From assembly GCA_035946655.1 (NCBI GenBank), contig DASYZD010000063.1, positions 1-37,110 of the forward strand: DNA of 37,110 nucleotides, given 5' to 3'. Source of the DNA: Stellaceae bacterium. GTDB taxonomy: Bacteria; Pseudomonadota; Alphaproteobacteria; ATCC43930; CGMCC-115725. The translations under genes were made by a program, and so were the position numbers. Below the pieces are notes generated by a model. It worked only from the letters and a program-made list of their open reading frames with translations, was not told the origin of the DNA and did no database searches. How positions within the stretch are numbered: the stretch's first letter is position 1; the number at the start of each line of letters is the position of its first letter. Shown one piece after another: positions 17,548 through 25,282 of the stretch.

Positions 17548-18018
17548 ATGCACAGTGTCTTGTCTGTCCGCCTTCGCCAAGTAGCGGGCGCTACAGCGCT
17601 GCTCGCGGCGCTGTGGTCGATGCCGGCCGCCGCGCTCGACCTTTTCGCGCGGCACACGGTCACGGTGCAGTTCGCCACCCCGGACGGGAAGCCGATCGCC
17701 GATGCCGAGGTCCGCGTCTTCGCTCCGGGCGAGCCGAACCGGCCGGCGCTGACGGGGCGCACCGACAGCGCCGGCAAGTTCGAGTTTTCCGCCAACGCGG
17801 ACGGGTTTTGGAGCGCCGAAGCGCATGGGGCGAACGAAATCGCGCGGGTCGTGGTCCGGGTCGGCAGCGGCCCGGAAGAGGAGAGCAAGCCCTTGTCGCC
17901 GCTCTGGGCGATCGGCGGGCTCTTCCTACTGCTGGTCCTCGCCTTCGCCTACCGGGCGGCGCGAGCCCGCATCCGGGCCCGGCCTAATCGCCCCGGTTCG
18001 CCGCCGCGAACGCCCTGA
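17548..18018 (+). CDS. Small exported protein with beta-sandwich (carboxypeptidase-regulatory/transthyretin-like) region and C-terminal membrane anchor
   Basis: Signal peptide MHSVLSVRLRQVAGATALLAALWSMPAAA. A beta-rich segment TVQFATPDGKPIADAEVRVFAPG...TDSAGKFEF. C-terminal helix LWAIGGLFLLLVLAFAY followed by a basic tail. Confidence 0.6.
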   Translation: MHSVLSVRLRQVAGATALLAALWSMPAAALDLFARHTVTVQFATPDGKPIADAEVRVFAPGEPNRPALTGRTDSAGKFEFSANADGFWSAEAHGANEIARVVVRVGSGPEEESKPLSPLWAIGGLFLLLVLAFAYRAARARIRARPNRPGSPPRTP

Positions 18019-19519
18019 GCTCGGCGAAGAGGGCGGGATCGGCGATGATTCGCGGCACCTTGTTCTGGCTGCCGAGGCGGCCGCGCCGCCGCATCCATTC
18101 AGCGAACCCGCCCTCAGGGAGCGCGGCGATCTGCGGCATCAAGAGACCAAATCCGCGAGCGCGGTGGTCGGCGTAATCGAGATTTCGCCCAATGAGATCC
18201 GCGTCGATCGCCGCGGCGAAACGCGTCCTCTCCGGGGCCGAAACCGCGCGCTCGAATTCGACGATGTAGAGGTGCCCGCCGGTCTCGCCCGATTTCTCCG
18301 GATAGAGCGCACCGACCGCGAAGTCGCGCACCCCGGAGCCGATCGCTTGGGCCGCACTCGTCACCGCCGCCTCGATCTCTTCCCCGGTCAGGTGCTCGCC
18401 AAACGCCGAGAGCGTATAGGCAAGCCGGCCGGTGACCAAAAGACGCGGCGGATCGCGACTGACAAAGCGGACAATGTCGCCGAGCAGATAAGCCCATAAT
18501 CCCGCGCAGGTGGTCAGCGCCGGCGCGTAGTCGACCCCGGTTTCAATCTCGGCGATCCGATGCCGCGTCGGCCTCGCCGCGGCGATCTCGGCGACCGGCA
18601 CGAACTCGTAGAAAATGCCGTTGTCGAGGATGACGCGCAGCCCCTCGCCGGGGGCGCGGTCGGCGGCGGCGATAAACCCCTCGCTCGCGGCATAGACTTC
18701 GCGGGTTTCGGCATGGCTGCCCTCCAGCCATTCGGCAAAGCGCGGGCGATAGGGCGCAAAATTCACCCCGCCATGGACGACGAGTTCGAGCGCCGGGAAG
18801 AAATCGGCGAGCCGCTCGCCGCGTGCGGGATGCCGACGCACCAGCTCGGCGAAAAACAACAGCATCCAGCTCGGGATGCCGGCGATGCTGCGGATGTCGG
18901 CAAATGGCGCGCGCTGGGCGAGCCGCGCCATCTTTTCGGTCCAATCGGAGAGGCGTGCGATCTCGGCCGGCGGATAGGTCAACGAGCGCGCCCAGGCGGG
19001 CAGGGTTGCCGCGGCGATGCCGCTCAGATCGCCGCTTCTGACCCCGCGCGCGCATGAGGTCAGATCGGTGCTGCCGCCGAGCAAGAGATTGCGGCCGGCG
19101 AAGAGGCGGCTGTGCGGGCGCTGGCGCAGATGGTGGATCATGAGGTCGAGCCCGGCTCGCCGGTTCGCTCGCAGGATCTCGGCGGTGACCGGAATGAATT
19201 TGGTGGCGCCGCTGCTGGTGCCCGAGGACATCGCGAAAAACCGCACTCGGCCCGGCCAGCTGCACTCGATCAGGTTGGGAAAACCCGGCCGCCAATAGGC
19301 CGACCAGAAATCCTCATAGCGCCGCAACGGCACCGCCGCGGCAAAATCATTCGCGTCGCGCAGGCGGGCGAACTCGTGGTCGCGCCCGAACCGCGTTTTC
19401 GCGGCGCGCGCGATCAGCCGCTTCAGAACCTGCTCTTGGAGCGCGGGGGCATTCTCACGGGCGAGCTGGCGCGAGCGAAACCGGGCGTAAAGGCGAAACA
19501 GCCCCGTCGTGTCGATCAT
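17984..19519 (-). CDS. GH3 family (auxin-responsive GH3-like) acyl-acid amido synthetase homologue
   Basis: 511 aa. FGRDHEF, PLRRYEDFW, and FAMSSGTSSGATKFIPVT, which is the ANL/GH3 adenylation P-loop. Confidence 0.85.
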   Translation of the reverse strand: MIDTTGLFRLYARFRSRQLARENAPALQEQVLKRLIARAAKTRFGRDHEFARLRDANDFAAAVPLRRYEDFWSAYWRPGFPNLIECSWPGRVRFFAMSSGTSSGATKFIPVTAEILRANRRAGLDLMIHHLRQRPHSRLFAGRNLLLGGSTDLTSCARGVRSGDLSGIAAATLPAWARSLTYPPAEIARLSDWTEKMARLAQRAPFADIRSIAGIPSWMLLFFAELVRRHPARGERLADFFPALELVVHGGVNFAPYRPRFAEWLEGSHAETREVYAASEGFIAAADRAPGEGLRVILDNGIFYEFVPVAEIAAARPTRHRIAEIETGVDYAPALTTCAGLWAYLLGDIVRFVSRDPPRLLVTGRLAYTLSAFGEHLTGEEIEAAVTSAAQAIGSGVRDFAVGALYPEKSGETGGHLYIVEFERAVSAPERTRFAAAIDADLIGRNLDYADHRARGFGLLMPQIAALPEGGFAEWMRRRGRLGSQNKVPRIIADPALFAELRAFAAANRGD

Positions 19520-19544
19520 CGCCGCGCCGGTGGAGGCCGGGCGC

Positions 19545-19802
19545 TCAGCTCAACGTTATCAGGGTCCCGATCAGATCGGCGGGCCAAACCAGACTCGTCG
19601 GCGCGCTGGTCAGCGCTTCGCCCAACGACGGGTCGATCCCGGCCGGCAGGTCGAACGCCATGTGGTGGCCGAAATGCGCGAGCACCCCGGCGATGTAGAG
19701 CCCTGCCGCCCAGCGAAAGCATTCGCGCGAGGACCGCCGCGGCGCCTCGGCAAAGCGAAACACCCGGCGGCCGACTTTTGGCAATCCCGGCGGACCGATC
19801 AT
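19545..19802 (-). CDS. Hypothetical small protein (85 aa, one hydrophobic helix), upstream of and co-oriented with GH3
   Basis: High third-position GC throughout. 25-bp gap to the GH3 start. No recognisable motif. Confidence 0.4.
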   Translation of the reverse strand: MIGPPGLPKVGRRVFRFAEAPRRSSRECFRWAAGLYIAGVLAHFGHHMAFDLPAGIDPSLGEALTSAPTSLVWPADLIGTLITLS

Positions 19803-19945
19803 GATCTCACCCAGGTATCAACGAGGTTCCATGGCTCCCCGCTCGCTGCGATGCGGCCGGGCACCCGATCATAGCGCCTCCGGCAGTTGCCGTCACTGTT
19901 CTGCGGCATGATGCCCCGACCCGGGGGCCCAGGCGACCGGTCGCC

Positions 19946-20785
19946 TCAGCTTGTGGCGAGCGCGGGGTGTTTCCAGCCGATCCATTCGCACACCGCGCGG
20001 CCCATGACGAGGTCGCGGTCATGCCCGGTGAGCCACGGCAATTCATCGGTGAACATCGTCACGCATTGCCGATAGCTGCACGGCATCCGGGTGATATCGG
20101 TGCCCCAGAAGCACCGCGCCGGGCCAAAGGCGTCGAAAATCTGCCGGATGTATTTGTGGATATTGCGATAAGGATAGGGCTCGCTCGAATAGCTCGGCGC
20201 ACCCGAAAGCTTGACCGCGACATTGGGATAGTTCGCGAGCGCCAGCATCTCCCCCAGATTCGCGAACGCCGCATCGTCCGTTCCGGCGCCGCCGCCACCG
20301 CCGCGCCCATGATGGTCGATGTGCAATTTCAAGCCGGGATGTCGCTCGGCGATCGTGCCGAGCGCCGCCATGTGCCCGCCCGCCAACAGCCCGATCGGCA
20401 ACCCCTCCTTCTCGCAGGCCGCCCAGAACCAATCGAGCGAGCCGTCGGTCCACCAAACCTGCTGGTGTGGCTGGTTGAAGGTGAAGCGGAAGCCGAGCAT
20501 CCCCGGCCGCTGCCGCCAGTTCTTGACGATCTCCTCGCGGTTTGGCGCCTCGAGGTCGAAATTGCCGAGGATGCAGAACTTGTCAGGGTGCGCTTTCACC
20601 GCTTCGACCGCCAGCGTGTTCATCGCTTCGCCCAAGGTCGAGGGCGGATGCAGGACCGCGGCGTCGACCCCGGCCGCGGCCATCTCTAGGAGCGCGTCCT
20701 CTTTCGAATAGGTCGGGGTCTGCCGGTGATGGGCCGACATCTTAGAGTCTTTCCAGATGTGGATCTGTGAATCGACGATCAGCAT
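19946..20785 (-). CDS. Amidohydrolase-2 family metal-dependent hydrolase
   Basis: MLIVDSQIHIW (HxH-type metal site) and an internal HIDHHG. GAGGAG RBS upstream of the ATG at 20785. The longer tracked ORF extension is Arg/Pro-rich. Confidence 0.85.
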   Translation of the reverse strand: MLIVDSQIHIWKDSKMSAHHRQTPTYSKEDALLEMAAAGVDAAVLHPPSTLGEAMNTLAVEAVKAHPDKFCILGNFDLEAPNREEIVKNWRQRPGMLGFRFTFNQPHQQVWWTDGSLDWFWAACEKEGLPIGLLAGGHMAALGTIAERHPGLKLHIDHHGRGGGGGAGTDDAAFANLGEMLALANYPNVAVKLSGAPSYSSEPYPYRNIHKYIRQIFDAFGPARCFWGTDITRMPCSYRQCVTMFTDELPWLTGHDRDLVMGRAVCEWIGWKHPALATS

Positions 20786-20828
20786 CGCGTTGCTCTCCTC
20801 AGCTGGGATGACATCCAGGTGTTTCGGG

Positions 20829-21050
20829 TCACGACCACCTGTTTCTGACGAAGATCGTCGGGACCCAGGGCGGCGGCCAGCCCTCGATCCGTTCGCGCCG
20901 GCGGCGTTCGGCGGCGCTCTCTCGCGCGCCCGTCGTGGCGGCGCCGGGTCGCTTATCCGGGTCGGCGGCGCTCGCCCCGCGCTCGCGGCGCAATTCTTCG
21001 ACACGGGCGCGGATCGTCTCGAAATCGTCGGCTGCTCGCGGGCGGTTCAA
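20829..21050 (-). CDS. Possible small protein (73 aa) using TTG start, upstream of amidohydrolase
   Basis: The TTG at 21050 is preceded by GGGAGG with a 5-nt spacer. Third-position GC is high. The sequence ADDFETIRARVEELRRERG...WPPPWVPTIF has no recognisable family. Confidence 0.3.
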   Translation of the reverse strand: MNRPRAADDFETIRARVEELRRERGASAADPDKRPGAATTGARESAAERRRRERIEGWPPPWVPTIFVRNRWS

Positions 21051-21214
21051 GAGGCCTCCCTCGCGCCGATCGGCCAATCCGGCGCGCTCCGGTTTAGTGA
21101 AGCCGAACCGGCTAAGGCCGTCAAACCCTTCAGGCGACGATTTCGTCGGCCGGGCGTTGCGGACACCGCCGCGATTGGGGTTGAATGGCGTGGCGCAACC
21201 CTGAGGATGCCCCG

Positions 21215-22606
21215 ATGGATGTCGCCTTCCTGACAATCGCCGAGCTCGGCCGGCTCTACCGTCGGCGCGAACTGTCGCCGGTCGAGGTGACGAGGGCCCT
21301 CCTCGCGCGCATCGCCGCCCATGATGGCAAGCTCAACAGCTTTCTGCGGGTGACCGAAGAAGTGGCCCTGGCCGAGGCGGCCGAGGCCGAACGCGCGCTG
21401 ATGGCCGGCGCGTCGCGTGGGCCGATGCACGGTATCCCCTATGCCCTCAAAGACATCATCGAGACCGCCGGGATCCCGACGACCGGCCATTCGAAGCTGC
21501 GCCAGGACTATGTGCCGAAAGCCGACGCCGAACTGGTCACCCGGCTCAAGGCCGGCGGCGGCATCATGCTCGGCAAGCTCGCGACCTGGGAGTTCGCCTT
21601 GGGCGGCCCGAGCTTCGATTTGCCGTGGCCGCCGGCGCGCAACCCGTGGAACCCCGACACCCTGCCGGGCGGGTCGTCGAGCGGCGCCGGGGCGGCGGTC
21701 GCGGCCGGGTTTGTGCCGGGCGCGGTCGGCACCGACACCGGCGGCTCGATCCGCGGCCCGGCGGCGGTCTGCGGGCTGGCCGGGCTGAAGCCGACCTACG
21801 GGCGGGTCAGCCGCCGCGGCGTCTTCCCCAACACCTTCTCGATGGATCATTGCGGCCCGCTCGCCCGCAGCGCCGAGGATATTGCGCTGTTCATGCAGGT
21901 GATCGCCGGCTTCGACGCGCAAGACCCGGGCAGCGAGGATGTCGCGGTGCCGGATTACCCGGCCGAGCTTAAGGGCGGGGTGCGCGGCCTGCGCCTCGGC
22001 CTCGTCGAGGATTGGCATCGCAGCGCCAACGCCCACCCCGACCTCGCGGCGGCGATCGAGGCGGCCGTCGCGGTGTTGCGCGAGGCGGGCGCAATCATCG
22101 AGCCGGTCCGCCTCTCGAGCCTGCGCGATTATACCGATTGCAAGACGACAATCTCGAGCGTCGAACTCTATGCGATCCACGAGCACGACCTCAAAACCCG
22201 GCCGCAGGATTTCGGCCGTATCCTGCGCAACCGGGTGCTCCCCGGCGCATTGATTGGCGGCGAAGATTACCTGGCGGCGTTGCGCTGGCGCACCGAATTG
22301 GCGCAGGAGCAGGCGCGCGCTCTCGATCGGGTCGACGCGTTCATCACCGCCGCCGCGCTCACTATCGCCGAACCGGCCGACCCCAACTTGCCCGACCGTC
22401 TGGTCAGCGCGCCCAGCATCACGATGCCGTTCAGCGTCGGCGGTCTGCCGGCGCTTGCCATTCCCTGCGGGTTCAGCAAGAAGGAAGGCCTGCCGCTGTC
22501 GCTGCAGATCGCCGCCGCGCCCTTCGCCGAGGGGCTGGTGCTGCGCGTCGCCGATGCCTACCAGGAGGCGACCGATTGGCACCGCCGCCACCCGAGCCTC
22601 GCCTGA
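21215..22606 (+). CDS. Amidase-signature family amidase (GatA-like)
   Basis: GIPYALKDII (catalytic Lys) and the GGSSSGAGAAVAAG amidase signature. GAGGA RBS 7 nt upstream of the ATG at 21215. Confidence 0.9.
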   Translation: MDVAFLTIAELGRLYRRRELSPVEVTRALLARIAAHDGKLNSFLRVTEEVALAEAAEAERALMAGASRGPMHGIPYALKDIIETAGIPTTGHSKLRQDYVPKADAELVTRLKAGGGIMLGKLATWEFALGGPSFDLPWPPARNPWNPDTLPGGSSSGAGAAVAAGFVPGAVGTDTGGSIRGPAAVCGLAGLKPTYGRVSRRGVFPNTFSMDHCGPLARSAEDIALFMQVIAGFDAQDPGSEDVAVPDYPAELKGGVRGLRLGLVEDWHRSANAHPDLAAAIEAAVAVLREAGAIIEPVRLSSLRDYTDCKTTISSVELYAIHEHDLKTRPQDFGRILRNRVLPGALIGGEDYLAALRWRTELAQEQARALDRVDAFITAAALTIAEPADPNLPDRLVSAPSITMPFSVGGLPALAIPCGFSKKEGLPLSLQIAAAPFAEGLVLRVADAYQEATDWHRRHPSLA

Positions 22607-22625
22607 CCGCCGCGGAGCCCGCATC

Positions 22626-22865
22626 ATGACGAGCGACAAGCGAACCGATCTCACCCACCTCCCGCCGTCCACCCCGGAGGAAATTCGCCAGATGGTGCGA
22701 AGAGCCGGGCTCGATCTATCCGATAAACTGATGCGCCAATTCATCGCCGCGTGGCCAAATTATGAGGCGATGATCCGCCGCATTCCGCGCGGTCGGCCTG
22801 ACGCCGACGAGCCGGCGCACAGCTTTCGGCCGGCCCGGCTGTCAAAGAGCGGCCAGTCTCGATGA
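22626..22865 (+). CDS. Small GatC-like / AtzG-like accessory protein (79 aa)
   Basis: MTSDKRTDLTHLPPSTPEEIRQMVRRAGLDLSDKLMRQFIAAWPNYEAMIRRIP...DADEPAHSF follows the GatC pattern: T-x-EE...A-x-L-x-L...EP. It starts 19 bp after the amidase stop, with a GGAG RBS. It is hidden inside a longer wrong-start tracked ORF. Confidence 0.6.
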   Translation: MTSDKRTDLTHLPPSTPEEIRQMVRRAGLDLSDKLMRQFIAAWPNYEAMIRRIPRGRPDADEPAHSFRPARLSKSGQSR

Positions 22866-23758
22866 ATGGCATAACCGGAAGAAGGGCGACGCGGAGCGAC
22901 GAACGATTCCGGTTCATCTTCGACTCGGTCGCGGACGGCATCTTCCTGTGCGACGCGGATACCGGCCGGCTGATGGACGTCAACGCGACCGCCTGCGCGA
23001 TGTTCGGTTTCTCGCGGGACGAACTGATCGGGCGCGCGCTCGAATCTTTGTCGACCGGCCTGTCGCCCCTCGTTCAGCGCGATCTGATGACATTGTTGCG
23101 GGAAGCGCGATCGCACGGGCCACAAATCTTCGAATGGCTCTGCAGGACGCGGGAGGAGCATCTGTTTTGGGGCGAGATTTCGCTGCGCTCGACCTCGCTC
23201 GGCGGCCGTCCGGTCGGGTTGGCGATCCTGCGCGACATCAGCGAGCGCAAACGCAAGGATGACGAAGTCGTCCAACTCGCTCATTTCGACGTCCTTACCG
23301 GTCTGCCGAACCGACGGAACTTCGACGTCACGCTTCGGCAGGATATCGCGCGATCCAAGCGCTACGGCGGAGCGCTCAGCGTGGCGATGTGCGACATCGA
23401 TCATTTCAAGATCGTCAACGACACCTTCGGGCACCAGGTCGGAGACGTGGTCCTCAAAAGCCTTGCCGAACTGATGCGCAACAGCCTGCGGCAGAGCGAC
23501 TACATCGCCCGCTGGGGTGGTGAGGAATTCACCCTGCTGCTCACGGAGACCGGCCCCGAGGTTTCGGAGGTTCTCCTCAACCGGTTGCGAACGAGCATCG
23601 CCGATCAGGTAATTCCGGAAATCGGACGGAGGGTGACGGTGAGCTTTGGGGTCACCACCTATGTAAAACCCGAAAGTCCCGACGATCTGATGTCGCGGGT
23701 CGATCAGGCGCTTTATCTGTCCAAAGAGACCGGCCGCAACAAGGTGACCAGAGCCTGA
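22862..23758 (+). CDS. PAS domain-containing diguanylate cyclase (GGDEF)
   Basis: PAS block FRFIFDSVADGIFLCDADTGRLMDVNATACAMFGFSRDELIG. GGEEF active site with an RxxD I-site (RQSD) 5 residues upstream. The ATG overlaps the upstream TGA as ATGA. Confidence 0.9.
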   Translation: MNGITGRRATRSDERFRFIFDSVADGIFLCDADTGRLMDVNATACAMFGFSRDELIGRALESLSTGLSPLVQRDLMTLLREARSHGPQIFEWLCRTREEHLFWGEISLRSTSLGGRPVGLAILRDISERKRKDDEVVQLAHFDVLTGLPNRRNFDVTLRQDIARSKRYGGALSVAMCDIDHFKIVNDTFGHQVGDVVLKSLAELMRNSLRQSDYIARWGGEEFTLLLTETGPEVSEVLLNRLRTSIADQVIPEIGRRVTVSFGVTTYVKPESPDDLMSRVDQALYLSKETGRNKVTRA

Positions 23759-23846
23759 AAGGCGGCCAACAACGGGGAGCCGCTTGGTCACAACGGCTGA
23801 ACGCCGTACGCTACCGCCCTAACGATTACCAGCCGGGAGACACGCG

Positions 23847-24998
23847 ATGAAGACGAGCCACGACCGCATTCTGACCACCCACACCGGCAGCCTGCCGCGC
23901 CCCGCGGGATTGCGCGAGGTGCTGGTAAAAAAGGACCAGGGCGAGCCCTACGACAAGGCCGAGCTCAGCCGCCTGACGCGCGACGCGGTCATCGCGATCG
24001 TGCGGCGCCAGGCCGAGGTCGGCGTCGACATCATCAATGACGGCGAGATGTCGAAGCCGGGCTATTCGACCTATGTCGCCGACCGCCTCTCGGGCTTTGC
24101 CGGGAACGAGCCGGCCAAGCCCCGCCTCGACACCGGGCCGTACCCGAATTTCATGGCGGCCTATACAAGGATGACCGGAGAGATGAGGGCGCGGCGCGCG
24201 GTGTGCGTCGGCCCGATCGCGGTCAAGGACAAGGAGCCCCTCGCCGAGGATCTGGCCAACCTCAAGGCGGCATTGGCGCAGGTGAAGGCCGTCGAGGGCT
24301 TCATGACCGCGGCCTCGCCCGGCCTCGTGCCGGTGTTCCAGAACAACCGCCACTACCCGACTTACGAAGCCTATGTTGAGGCGATCGCCGCGGCGATGCA
24401 GCCGGAATACGAGGCCATCGTTGGCGCCGGGTTCGTCCTCCAGCTCGATTGCCCCGACCTTGCGATGGCCCACCACACGAGTTTCCAGGAGTTAAGCGAG
24501 GCCGAGTTCCTGAAGCGTGCCCAGTTCCACGTCGAGACGCTGAACCACGCGACCCGCAATATCCCGGCTGAGATGATGCGCATCCACATCTGCTGGGGGA
24601 ATTACGAGGGGCCGCACGACCACGACATCGATTTCGCCAAGGTCGCGCCGATCCTCATAAAGGCGAAGCCGCAGGCGCTCGTCATCGAGGCCGCCAACCC
24701 GCGCCACGAGCACGAATGGGCGGTGTGGAAGGATGTCAAGCTGCCCGACGACAAGGTCCTCGCGGTCGGCGTCCTCGACACCTCGACCAACTATGTCGAG
24801 CACCCCGCGCTGGTCGCCGAGCGGCTCTGCCGCTTCGCCGAAATCGTCGGCAAGGAGCGGGTGATGGCGACCTCGGATTGCGGCTTCGGCACCTTCGCCG
24901 GCTACGGTAAGATCGACCCCGACATCGCCTTCAAGAAACTCGGCGCGATGGCCGAGGGCGCACAGATCGCCTCGAAGCGGCTGTGGGGTCGGGCGTAA
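23847..24998 (+). CDS. Cobalamin-independent methionine synthase (MetE C-terminal domain)-like methyltransferase
   Basis: 383 aa. ILTTHTGSLPRP at the N-terminus and SDCGFG near the C-terminus (Zn-binding Cys context), typical of the MetE-like family. Confidence 0.8.
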   Translation: MKTSHDRILTTHTGSLPRPAGLREVLVKKDQGEPYDKAELSRLTRDAVIAIVRRQAEVGVDIINDGEMSKPGYSTYVADRLSGFAGNEPAKPRLDTGPYPNFMAAYTRMTGEMRARRAVCVGPIAVKDKEPLAEDLANLKAALAQVKAVEGFMTAASPGLVPVFQNNRHYPTYEAYVEAIAAAMQPEYEAIVGAGFVLQLDCPDLAMAHHTSFQELSEAEFLKRAQFHVETLNHATRNIPAEMMRIHICWGNYEGPHDHDIDFAKVAPILIKAKPQALVIEAANPRHEHEWAVWKDVKLPDDKVLAVGVLDTSTNYVEHPALVAERLCRFAEIVGKERVMATSDCGFGTFAGYGKIDPDIAFKKLGAMAEGAQIASKRLWGRA

Positions 24999-25006
24999 GA
25001 CGTAAG

Positions 25007-25101
25007 ACCCTCTCCCGCACCGCGGGAGAGGGTGCCGGCACCGAGTTCGCTGATCGCCCCCTCGCCCCAACCCCCTCTCCCCCGGTGGAGGAGAGGGGGT
25101 T
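25007..25101. repeat. Pair of GC-rich REP-like hairpins
   Basis: ACCCTCTCCCGC-ACC-GCGGGAGAGGGT at 25007..25033. AACCCCCTCTCC-N9-GGAGAGGGGGTT at 25069..25101. Confidence 0.7.
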
Positions 25102-25282
25102 CTTCGGCACACCCTCGCGCCGTCGCTCATCGCCGGGGCTGACGAGGTCATCGAATGATGACGCGGGGCAGGCAAACGCTCGAGTCCTTCCCCCCGCCAC
25201 GGATAAATGCGTAATCTGCCGGTGATGAGTTCATTGCCAACCCCGGGCTTGACCCCTGCCCGCTCGTCCCACAGGAGGAAAC

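Noticed and set aside
23759-23846. Possible SAM or cobalamin riboswitch upstream of the MetE-like gene.
   Set aside because: The leader is only about 88 nt, with no recognisable SAM-II (AAAGCU triple-helix) or B12-box sequence.
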